Below are positions 9,255 through 17,983 of a DNA stretch of 64,000 bases, piece after piece. This stretch comes from Salinispira sp. (lineage in GTDB: Bacteria > Spirochaetota > Spirochaetia > DSM-27196 > Salinispiraceae): positions 1,920,001-1,984,000 of the forward strand of contig OZ271918.1 in the NCBI GenBank assembly GCA_965602015.1, read 5' to 3'. How positions within the stretch are numbered: position 1 is the first letter of the stretch; every line of letters begins with the position of its first letter. Made by a program: the position numbers and the translations under genes. A model generated the notes under the pieces. It did no database searches and was not told where the DNA came from. It was given only the letters and a program-made list of their open reading frames with translations.

Positions 9255-10054
9255 GGTTAAAATGTATGAAATGTAATTTAAAGACAATTATATTTATAAG
9301 TTTGCTTTTTTCTCTTTTAAGCTGCAACAAGATAAATGCGTTAGATTTAACTGGTAGAGAGTACACAGCTTGGAATATTACGTTCAGATTCCAAAAGACA
9401 GAAGTAATGATTGAACAATATGACGACACTGCATACACAGGACCAACAGGAATTGTAAATTACTCAATTGCTAACAGATCAGGGGTTGACTATTTGATTT
9501 TAGATTCAAATGGTTACGAAGTCGAATATCTAATTATCCAAGATGATTGGTTATTATTTTTATATGATGGAGATCGAAAGGATCCAATATTTATCGGAAT
9601 TACTTCGCACCCGAGTGATTTGGTTGCATTTTCGGTTTTAGGAGATTTGCCGTTAGACTATGAAGCGAGCTCATATTATCAATTTGGGCAAGAAATGTAT
9701 CCCCCCGAAAATCTAGGGCGTATAGAGTTATTTCAGCCTTGGTGTGAAGGAGTTGAAGGTTTTGGCGTCGGAGAAACAATTATTGTCAGAAACGCTGATA
9801 CTACTATCACTCTTTCAAATGGCTTTGTTTCATACTCACGCCCAGAATTATACGAATGGAACAGCAGGATAAAATCTATCAAGGTTCGTTCTTTGTTAAC
9901 CGATGAAAGCTTTATTGTTGATTTAGAGGATACGCCTCACTTACAGTACTTCGTGCTACCTGTAGAAGGCAAATCTGATTATGAAATTACAATTCTTGAG
10001 GTGTATCCAGGGGAGAAATTTGAGGATGCATGTGTGAACTTCATTTTTTCGTAA
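9251..10054 (+). CDS. Putative immunity lipoprotein (probable start ATG 9266); C-terminal beta-sandwich resembling NADase-type glycan-binding domains
   Basis: Signal peptide with lipobox LLSC; WCEGVEGFGVGETI, NGF, NSRIK, ITILEVYPGEKFEDAC motifs. Confidence 0.7.
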   Translation: MRLKCMKCNLKTIIFISLLFSLLSCNKINALDLTGREYTAWNITFRFQKTEVMIEQYDDTAYTGPTGIVNYSIANRSGVDYLILDSNGYEVEYLIIQDDWLLFLYDGDRKDPIFIGITSHPSDLVAFSVLGDLPLDYEASSYYQFGQEMYPPENLGRIELFQPWCEGVEGFGVGETIIVRNADTTITLSNGFVSYSRPELYEWNSRIKSIKVRSLLTDESFIVDLEDTPHLQYFVLPVEGKSDYEITILEVYPGEKFEDACVNFIFS

Positions 10055-10323
10055 GAAAAATTGAAATTCTAATTAATAGCATGCTGCATTTCAGTTCATT
10101 TCTTGTATTGCCGTATACACCCCATAAGACCTGACTTGAGCTGCGCCGGATCCAATCCCGGCGTCAGCTCCAAGTATCCTTCTTATGGGGGTTGAGCCGG
10201 CAAACGAGTTCTTTGAAATACGTCAGTCAGTGACGGACCAATCGAAGAGCATCTTGCTCCGGCCGGGCAAGAACTCTTCTGCAGACCGCTGATGCTTTCA
10301 GCAGCCTGCAGAAGAGAAAAACT

Positions 10324-10695
10324 TCACACTACAAAACGCTTGAAGTCCACCCGGCTACCGTTGAAGTTTACCAGGTAGCCCACCCGCAGCCCAGAAAGCC
10401 TGAGGTAGTTTATGAGCTGGGCTTCCATAACTGGAGTGAGCTTGGAAACACTTTTTAGTTCGAGGATGAGCTTTCCTTCAATTACCAGGTCTGCAATGTA
10501 CGCCCCGGCAAGCTCGCCTTTGTAGTACACCGGATACACCTTCTGCTGTTCCACCGCCAGATTCAGCCTGCGACACTCAATAACCAGCGCACCCTCGTAC
10601 GCGCTTTCCAAAAGCCCGGGACCCAGGATGTTGTGCACCGAATACAACGCTCCCACCACCGTGTAGGACAGTTCCTTGAAAAGATACTCAGCCAT
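10324..10695 (-). CDS. GxxExxY family protein, copy 2
   Basis: 123 aa with 5 substitutions relative to copy 1; AAGGAGG RBS. Confidence 0.92.
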   Translation of the reverse strand: MAEYLFKELSYTVVGALYSVHNILGPGLLESAYEGALVIECRRLNLAVEQQKVYPVYYKGELAGAYIADLVIEGKLILELKSVSKLTPVMEAQLINYLRLSGLRVGYLVNFNGSRVDFKRFVV

Positions 10696-10794
10696 GCTGA
10701 CCTCCTTTTTTCAGGAGGCAGTCTCGAAGTGTCAACGCCGGAATGAAATTGCAGTTTTTCACCGGAGTTAAATTGCAGACTTCCGGCAAATTTT

Positions 10795-11556
10795 TTAGAA
10801 GTCAACGACTCCGATTTTCATTCGATCCTTCATCCGATACGAGTCTCCTTTCAGGCTGATCACATGGGAGTGATGAAGCAGCCGGTCCAAAGTGGCCGTA
10901 GCAACTGCGTCATCAGTCATGATTTCTCCCCACTTCCCGAATACTTTGTTGCTGGTCAGAATGATTGATCCATGCTCATAGCGGGTATTGATCAGCTGGA
11001 AAAACAAGGCTGCCTGCTCAGCATTCAGGTTTTCATACCCAACTTCATCAATCAACAGAACGTGGGGTTTGCCAAACCAGGTCAGTTTGTTTTTCAATCT
11101 TCCCTGATCCCGGGAACGCTGTAATCGTTCAAGCAAATCAAGACAGCTGATGAAATAGGCCGTATACCCATTCATACATGCCTTCTGTCCAAGCGCTGTC
11201 ATGAGGTGCGTTTTACCCAATCCACTGGGACCAAGCAGAATGACATTCTCTTTACGTTCAATGAACGCAAGGGTGGACAGTTCGTTGAACTGCTTGTGTG
11301 TAAGACCGCCTTTCGGCCATGACAGATCAAAGGATTCAAGATTCTTTCCCTGGGGAATTCCTGAAACCTTCAAGCGGGTTTTGGCCATTCGTTCCTTTCG
11401 GGGAATCAGTTCCAGATCAATGAGTTCTCCGATCGCTTCAATCAGAGGCGCATCCTGATTCACCTGGCTTGAGAGAAAACTGTCCAGACCGGCAGCCATG
11501 AAGCTCAAACCCAACTCTTCCATACGGGCTGTAATCATTGTGCTTTTACTAGTCAT
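10795..11556 (-). CDS. istB: IS21 helper ATPase IstB
   Basis: Walker A GPSGLGKT, LLIDEVGY, LDRLLHH, GDSYR. Confidence 0.95.
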   Translation of the reverse strand: MTSKSTMITARMEELGLSFMAAGLDSFLSSQVNQDAPLIEAIGELIDLELIPRKERMAKTRLKVSGIPQGKNLESFDLSWPKGGLTHKQFNELSTLAFIERKENVILLGPSGLGKTHLMTALGQKACMNGYTAYFISCLDLLERLQRSRDQGRLKNKLTWFGKPHVLLIDEVGYENLNAEQAALFFQLINTRYEHGSIILTSNKVFGKWGEIMTDDAVATATLDRLLHHSHVISLKGDSYRMKDRMKIGVVDF

Positions 11557-12803
11557 GAGGCCGCCTCCTGCAGTGCAAACAAGCGGTCGTACTCCCCAGG
11601 TGAGCGGACATCAACATCGGTAGAAACCTTTATCCGTTTTCTTCTCTTGGGTATCCGGTACTGCCTTTTCCAGAGCTCGGTCAGCGCCGCTGAGTGTTCA
11701 GCCAGGTAGAACCGTTGATTTCGCAATTCGAGGTTAAGCATGAAGGTTCGGATGATCTGATCCTCTGATGATACTTCGGCCTCACCGGTGAGCGGATCGA
11801 TACGTACAATTACCTCTGCACCAATGAATTGCGGGTGAACGCTGTACCAGTTGTTTCTCACCCGTACCAGAGATTCACCGGAGACACGCACATTGGTCGG
11901 TTTCCGGTAATCAAACGGCTGCGTTGGTAAGGGGGTAAGGAAAGCCTTTTCATGCGTAAAGCGTTCTGATCGGCTTTCATTGAGCCCGCCGATGACTCTG
12001 TGGCTGATATCCTCGCACCAGGTGATGACTGCTTCGTTTAACTCAATCAGTCCAGCTGGCAGTGCTTTGTGCTCGATCCAGAAGTTGTTCTCGTAGAACT
12101 GGATGAACCGTTCGACCTTTCCTTTGGTCTGAGGCCGGCGGACCTGGCATCGGCGGGGTGTGAATCCATAGTGCCGGGCCAGAGACAGCAGGTGCTTGTT
12201 GACCTGCCATTTCTCCTCTGCGGCCTGGTAGATAAAGGCGGTTTTCATGTTGTCGTACAGGATTTCTTCCGGCACCCCGCCAAAATATGTGAATGCCAAT
12301 ACGTGGCACATCAGAAAGGTGGCCATGTCCATGCTCGTGGTATGAATGACAAACGGCATTCTCGAGTAGCCGAATACCATGACAAAGGCATAGAGTTTCT
12401 GCCACCGTCCGTCCACCAGCTGTTTTCCCAGGATTTTCCAATCCACCTGAGCCTGGTAGCCCGGTTCGGTTTCGAACCGGATAACTGCCTGTTTTGTGAT
12501 ATCTGCAGCCTTCCTGGCAGCATAATCCCTGAGGATTGTGACCCCGCCATCGTATTTCTGTTTTCGCAGGTTCCTCAACAGAACCTCCCGATTGAAGGAC
12601 GGGTCTTCCTCGAGTATAGTGTCGATGTAGGGTTTGAACGGATCGAGCTTGCTCGTGTAATTCCGCTTCTTTCGAGACCTTGAAGGCTCTGCAAGGTAGT
12701 AGTGAACCATGCGTTCACTTTTTCCCAGGGCTTCGGCGATCTGACCGATTCTCTTACCCTGTTGTTTCAACATCTGTGCTTCATGCATCAGTAGCTCCAG
12801 CAT
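11553..12803 (-). CDS. istA: IS21 transposase IstA
   Basis: RFETEPGYQAQVDW, YDNMKT, PQTKGKVER, N-terminal HTH. Confidence 0.95.
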   Translation of the reverse strand: MLELLMHEAQMLKQQGKRIGQIAEALGKSERMVHYYLAEPSRSRKKRNYTSKLDPFKPYIDTILEEDPSFNREVLLRNLRKQKYDGGVTILRDYAARKAADITKQAVIRFETEPGYQAQVDWKILGKQLVDGRWQKLYAFVMVFGYSRMPFVIHTTSMDMATFLMCHVLAFTYFGGVPEEILYDNMKTAFIYQAAEEKWQVNKHLLSLARHYGFTPRRCQVRRPQTKGKVERFIQFYENNFWIEHKALPAGLIELNEAVITWCEDISHRVIGGLNESRSERFTHEKAFLTPLPTQPFDYRKPTNVRVSGESLVRVRNNWYSVHPQFIGAEVIVRIDPLTGEAEVSSEDQIIRTFMLNLELRNQRFYLAEHSAALTELWKRQYRIPKRRKRIKVSTDVDVRSPGEYDRLFALQEAAS

Positions 12804-13248
12804 TTTAGGGCGTGCTCCTTACTTGAATGATTGTGTGGTAACAACCATTACAAGGTAGCATCGCCCTTTTTTTCAAGCCGGAGTCTGCAATTTTAGTCCG
12901 GTGATTTCCTGCAATTTAGCACCGGTGATGACACGAAGCGACGAGTGGTCAACGCCCCTGAGCGAAGCGCGGCTTGACCGCGAGGAGCGGAGAGATACAC
13001 TTGAGAAAAACGGAGGGAAGCCAAGGCAAAAAAGCCTGAAAATGTCGGGCAAATGCGGTGCGAATCCTCGCGCCCCATTCATTCCTTTCTTTCAACATAT
13101 CGTCAGCAGAAAAATCCCTTTTGCAAAACCGCCCCGGTCACCAAACCAAATCCGTGATTATTGGTGCTGATACGTGGTAGACCCCAACTCCCTGATACGT
13201 GGCTTTCTCTCATCCCCCCGACTTTAGAAAATTCTCACCGCCGAACTT

Positions 13249-13925
13249 ATGGGCCGCAACGAGTTCTACAACTACACCCCCGACGGCAACCGCTCCATGC
13301 GAAGCATCCTCGCCGGCAGCATGCAGAGTGAACAATACCAGTACTACCCCAACTCAGACCTGCTCCAATACGACGGAACCTACTACTATGCCTATGATGA
13401 GAACGGCAACCTCACAGAACGGGGAGACAGCGCCACAATCACCGGCACTAAAATCACCATTAACCGGACATTAACCTACCGCCACTACAGCTGGGACCTG
13501 TTAAACCGCCTGGAAAACGTCGAAGAGCTCGATGAAGAAGGCAATCTGGAAGTAATAAAAGAATACGGCTATGATGTGAATAACCTGAGGATATGGGAGA
13601 AAAACCGACACGGCCAAATCACCCATTACGTCTACGACCAAAAGGGCAACAGAATCGAGCGGCACACCGACGAAAGAAGCGAATACTACATCTTCAGAAA
13701 CCTCCGCCACATCGCCAAACGGGTGGTAGACCACAGCACAAACACGGAAAAGACCTATTTCTACGGCACAGACCACCTGGGAAGCACCGTGCTGATGACA
13801 GACGAAGACGGCAACGAAGTCTTCTCCGGCGAAACCACCCCCTTCGGCGACTCGGTATCCGAATTAGGACCCATGGCCGACACAGAAAACCTCATGTACA
13901 CCGGAAAGGACCTGGATGAAGATAC
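13249..13925 (+). pseudogene. Orphan Rhs cassette 3, truncated by IS3; toxin and immunity genes lost
   Basis: Nearly identical to 16279-16955; breaks at ...KDLDEDT where the IS begins. Confidence 0.9.
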
Positions 13926-13975
13926 TGAACCGCCCCGGCTTTACCGGAGACAAAATCTTGTGAGAGGATGGAGTC

Positions 13976-14302
13976 ATGGTAAAGAAAAACAGCAGGTTTT
14001 CTGAGGAAGTTAAGGAGCGGGCAATCCGCATGGTATTCGCCGCCAAAGGTGAATATGATTCTCAGTGGGCCGCAATTGAGTCGATAGCTGAAAAGATAGG
14101 CTGTACTGCAGAGACGTTACGGCGGTGGGTTCGCCAAGCCGAGAAAGATAATGGTAGTCGGGAGGGACTTACAACCGACGAGAAGAAGCGAATCAAGGAG
14201 CTCGAGCGGGAGAACCGGGAGCTCAAGAAAGCCAATGAGATTCTACGTCTGGCTTCCGCATATTTCGCGAAGGCGGAGCTCGACCGCCAACACAAGAAAT
14301 AG
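13976..14302 (+). CDS. IS3 transposase OrfA
   Basis: HTH SQWAAIESIAEKIGCTAETLRRWV, leucine zipper, AELDR. Confidence 0.92.
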   Translation: MVKKNSRFSEEVKERAIRMVFAAKGEYDSQWAAIESIAEKIGCTAETLRRWVRQAEKDNGSREGLTTDEKKRIKELERENRELKKANEILRLASAYFAKAELDRQHKK

Positions 14303-15198
14303 TCTGCTTCATTGATGAACACCGCGATGACTATGGGGTCGAGCCGATTTGTACTCAGGTGCCAATCGCTCCTTCGGTGTACTACGAACAGAAAAAGCGA
14401 GTAAAACACCCTGAAACAGCTCCCGCAAGGGTAAAGCGCGATGAAATCCTGAAGCCAGAGATCCAGAGGGTTTGGGATGAGAATTATGAGGTTTACGGCG
14501 TTCGCAAGGTCTGGCACCAGCTGAAGCGAGAAGGATTCCAGATCGCACGATGTACCGTGGCCCGTCTCATGGCTGTCATGGGGCTTAAAGGCGTCATACG
14601 AGGCCGCAAGGTGCGAACCACAGTACCGGACCCGAAAAATGAACGTCCGCTCGATTTGGTGCACAGGGAATTCAGTGCCGACCGTCCGAATCAGCTGTGG
14701 GTGGCGGATTTCACTTATTGCGCGTCTTGGGTGGGTTTTGTATATGTGGCATTTATCATCGATGTATTTTCACGAATGATCGTCGGATGGCGTGCCTCGA
14801 GGTCCATGAGCGCAGAGCTGACGCTGGATGCTCTGGAACAAGCCCTGTGGGCAAGGCAACCTGAAAATGGGCTGATCCACCACAGTGATCGTGGGAGCCA
14901 GTATCTGTCAATCCGGTATTCTGACCGCTTAGCAGAAGAAGGCATTGCCCCATCTGTTGGGAGTGTAGGCAGCTCATATGACAACGCGCTGGCTGAAACC
15001 ATAAACGGACTGTACAAATCCGAAATGATCTACCGTAAAGGACCGTGGAAAAACCTGGATGCTATTGAGGCTGCTACGCTGGAATGGGTAAGCTGGTACA
15101 ACAATAAACGGATTTATGAAATCCTGGGATATATGCCTCCGGCAGAGTTTGAGAAGGCATATTATGATCAACTGCAAGACGCAGCCAGCGGGCTGTAG
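14299..15198 (+). CDS. IS3 transposase OrfB (DDE integrase core), in the -1 frame relative to OrfA
   Basis: YGVRKVW, WVADFTY, HHSDRGSQY, YDNALAE; homology extends upstream of the called GTG (FIDEHR..YGVEPIC). Confidence 0.9.
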   Translation: MVCFIDEHRDDYGVEPICTQVPIAPSVYYEQKKRVKHPETAPARVKRDEILKPEIQRVWDENYEVYGVRKVWHQLKREGFQIARCTVARLMAVMGLKGVIRGRKVRTTVPDPKNERPLDLVHREFSADRPNQLWVADFTYCASWVGFVYVAFIIDVFSRMIVGWRASRSMSAELTLDALEQALWARQPENGLIHHSDRGSQYLSIRYSDRLAEEGIAPSVGSVGSSYDNALAETINGLYKSEMIYRKGPWKNLDAIEAATLEWVSWYNNKRIYEILGYMPPAEFEKAYYDQLQDAASGL

Positions 15199-15316
15199 TC
15201 ATACAAAACACTCTCCGGGATTCCCGGGGCGGTTCAGTCTGAAACACATTGCAAAAAAAAGATGTTGCTCTAAAGTTCATAAACAATCATTTATCATGAT
15301 TACCATAAAGCATTTT

Positions 15317-16235
15317 CCCCATAAGACCTGACTTGAGCTGCGCCGGATCCAATCCCGGCGTCAGCTCCAAGTATCCTTCTTATGGGGGTTGAGCCGGCAA
15401 ACGAGTTCTTTGAAATACGTCAGTCAGTGACGGACCAATCGAAGAGCATCTTGCTCCGGCCGGGCAAGAACTCTTCTGCAGACCGCTGATGCTTTCAGCA
15501 GCCTGCAGAAGAGAAAAACTTCACACTACAAAACGCTTGAAGTCCACCCGGCTACCGTTGAAGTTTACCAGGTAGCCCACCCGCAGCCCAGAAAGCCTGA
15601 GGTAGTTTATGAGCTGGGCTTCCATGACCGGCGTAAGCTTAGAAACGCTCTTGAGCTCGAGAATGACCTTGCCCTCGACCACCAGGTCGGCAATGTATGC
15701 TCCGGCAAGCTCCCCTTTGTAGTACACCGGATAGACCTTCTGCTGTTCCACCGTGAGATTTAACCTCCGGCACTCAATAACCAGAGCCCCCTCGTACGCG
15801 CTTTCCAAAAGCCCGGGACCCAGGATGTTGTGCACCGAATACAACGCCCCTACCACCGTGTATGACAGTTCCTTGAAAAGATACTCAGCCATGCTGACCT
15901 CCTTTTTCAAGGAAGCAGTCTCGCAGCGACGAGCGGTCAATGCCCGATAATTGGCGTACCGCAGCCATCATGCATGGCGAGGAACGCCAATATGAAGAGC
16001 GAAGCGCGGCTTGACCGCGAGGAGCGCAGAGATACAATGAAAAAACGGAGGGAAGCCAGACAGCACAGCTCAAGCCCGTGAAATAAGGCGCGAATCCTCG
16101 CGCCCCATTCATTTCTTTCTTTCAACATACCGTCGGCAGAGAAATCCCTTTTACCAAACTGCCCCGGTCACCAAACCAAATCCGTGAATATTGGTGCTGA
16201 TACGTGGTAGACCCCAACTCCCTGATACGTGGCTT
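15317..16235. repeat. Inter-cassette spacer copy 3
   Basis: Same hairpins and layout as copy 1. Confidence 0.93.
15521..15892 (-). CDS. GxxExxY family protein, copy 3
   Basis: 123 aa from the ATG at 15892, with AAGGAGG RBS. Confidence 0.92.
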   Translation of the reverse strand: MAEYLFKELSYTVVGALYSVHNILGPGLLESAYEGALVIECRRLNLTVEQQKVYPVYYKGELAGAYIADLVVEGKVILELKSVSKLTPVMEAQLINYLRLSGLRVGYLVNFNGSRVDFKRFVV

Positions 16236-16278
16236 TCTCTCATCCCCCCGACTTTAGAAAATTCTCACCGCCGAACTT

Positions 16279-17745
16279 ATGGGCCGCAACGAGTTCTACA
16301 ACTACACCCCCGACGGCAACCGCTCCATGCGAAGCATCCTCGCCGGCAGCATGCAGAGCGAACAATACCAGTACTACCCCAACTCAGACCTGCTCCAATA
16401 CGACGGAACCTACTACTATGCCTATGATGAGAACGGCAACCTCACAGAACGGGGAGACAGCGCCACAATCACCGGCACTAAAATCACCATTAACCGGACA
16501 TTAACCTACCGCCACTACAGCTGGGACCTGTTAAACCGCCTGGAAAACGTCGAAGAGCTCGATGAAGAAGGCAATCTGGAAGTAATAAAAGAATACGGCT
16601 ATGATGTGAATAACCTGAGGATATGGGAGAAAAACCGACACGGCCAAATCACCCATTACGTCTACGACCAAAAGGGCAACAGAATCGAGCGGCACACCGA
16701 CGAAAGAAGTGAATACTACATATTCAGAAACCTCCGCCACATCGCCAAACGGGTGGTTGACCACAGCACAAACACCGAAAAGATCTACTTCTACGGCACA
16801 GACCACCTGGGAAGTACCGTGCTGATGACAGACGAAGACGGCAACGAAGTCTTCTCAGCAGAAACCACTCCCTTCGGCGACTCGGTATCAGAATTAGGAC
16901 CCATGGCCGACACAGAACACCTCATGTACACCGGCAAGGACCTGGATGAAGATACCGGGCTGTACTACTTTAATGCACGGTGGTATGACCCGGGGACCGG
17001 GCGGTTTATAAGCGAGGATCCTGCACGGTTCGGTTCGAACTGGTATCGGTATGCAGCGAGCAATCCCCTCAAATACTTCGATCCAACCGGATTGAATGAA
17101 GTGAGCTGGGGTACGAGCATATTCGATGCCGGGGAATTTCATACAGAGAGTAGTGAGAACTATGAAAACGCAGAAGAAACAACGACAGAAGTTGCTACCT
17201 ATGAGGATCTTACTGAGCAGATCAATCACGTCTCCACTGGTATCTCTACCCAGGACACGATAACCCGACAGACAGAAAAATTAGCTGAGCTATCACAACA
17301 AGATACCAGCGGCATGACGATTGATGAATTTCTTGCCTTCCAACAAGAGATGCAGGATTTAGCGAAGGAGCTGCTCCAAGGAATCCAGGATTATGAAGCT
17401 GCGGGGTATGACACTGATAGAGTGCTCACTGGTTTAGCACTAAACGAATCAAATGGGCACCAAAGCGCTTCGTGGGAAATAAATCGAAATACAATATGGG
17501 GCATAGCTGAAATTATCGGTGGTGGAACAGTAATTGGATTATCATGGGTTTCAGCAGCTTCGCTGGCACCTACAACAGGGGGGACATCAGCGATGGTTGG
17601 CTACAATGGCACATTATTTGGGAGCGCTCTATTGGCACATGGATTAAACAGAGTAACTGGAAATACAAACCAAACTGTAATCGAGGATTTAAAGCAAATC
17701 ATTACGCCGCCAATTGCAGAACTTGGAAAAATAAGGACGGAATAG
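16279..17745 (+). CDS. Orphan Rhs cassette 4: truncated Rhs core, acidic linker and hydrophobic C-terminal putative toxin
   Basis: YD-type repeats, Rhs core signature, DPTGL, then a unique Gly/Ala-rich hydrophobic tip. Confidence 0.88.
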   Translation: MGRNEFYNYTPDGNRSMRSILAGSMQSEQYQYYPNSDLLQYDGTYYYAYDENGNLTERGDSATITGTKITINRTLTYRHYSWDLLNRLENVEELDEEGNLEVIKEYGYDVNNLRIWEKNRHGQITHYVYDQKGNRIERHTDERSEYYIFRNLRHIAKRVVDHSTNTEKIYFYGTDHLGSTVLMTDEDGNEVFSAETTPFGDSVSELGPMADTEHLMYTGKDLDEDTGLYYFNARWYDPGTGRFISEDPARFGSNWYRYAASNPLKYFDPTGLNEVSWGTSIFDAGEFHTESSENYENAEETTTEVATYEDLTEQINHVSTGISTQDTITRQTEKLAELSQQDTSGMTIDEFLAFQQEMQDLAKELLQGIQDYEAAGYDTDRVLTGLALNESNGHQSASWEINRNTIWGIAEIIGGGTVIGLSWVSAASLAPTTGGTSAMVGYNGTLFGSALLAHGLNRVTGNTNQTVIEDLKQIITPPIAELGKIRTE

Positions 17746-17975
17746 TGATAGATTTTTACTTAATCTCAGGCACAATAATAATTATAATTTTCATGTCGGT
17801 TGGGCTTTTAAAATCAACTCCTGACAAAATTGATAAAACTCGTGATGATTTAGATAAAAATCAGAAGGAGAAACTAAAAAGAGTGGCGAAGATATCCGCA
17901 ATAATTGGATTTATTATGGCCACACTTATGCTTATTCTTCTAGTTATCGGTTTTTTGCTTCCGAGTTCAAAATAG
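17745..17975 (+). CDS. Putative two-transmembrane immunity protein of cassette 4
   Basis: GTG overlapping the toxin TAG (TAGTG); two hydrophobic segments; 76 aa. Confidence 0.65.
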   Translation: MIDFYLISGTIIIIIFMSVGLLKSTPDKIDKTRDDLDKNQKEKLKRVAKISAIIGFIMATLMLILLVIGFLLPSSK

Positions 17976-17983
17976 CTGAGCCC

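Larger units (their letters stand above)
10730..12933 (-). mobile_element. IS21 family insertion sequence with 5-bp target duplication CGAAG
   Basis: TGTCA...TGACA ends; repeated subterminal CCGG..T.AAATTGCAG boxes; CGAAG at 10725-10729 and 12934-12938. Confidence 0.95.
10120..13205. repeat. Inter-cassette spacer copy 2, interrupted by IS21
   Basis: 10120-10729 joined to 12939-13205 reconstitutes the spacer. Confidence 0.92.
13926..15236 (+). mobile_element. IS3 family insertion sequence (IS51-group-like)
   Basis: Inverted repeats TGAACCGCCCCGG...CCGGAGA / TCTCCGG...CCGGGGCGGTTCA; orfA plus orfB. Confidence 0.94.

Noticed and set aside
13926..14004. C-terminus of ORF 13249..14004
   Set aside because: Derived from the IS3 left end; a chimeric tail
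17544..17744. Long start for the cassette 4 immunity ORF
   Set aside because: Overlaps the toxin by 200 bp; the GTG at 17745 coupled to the stop is more plausible
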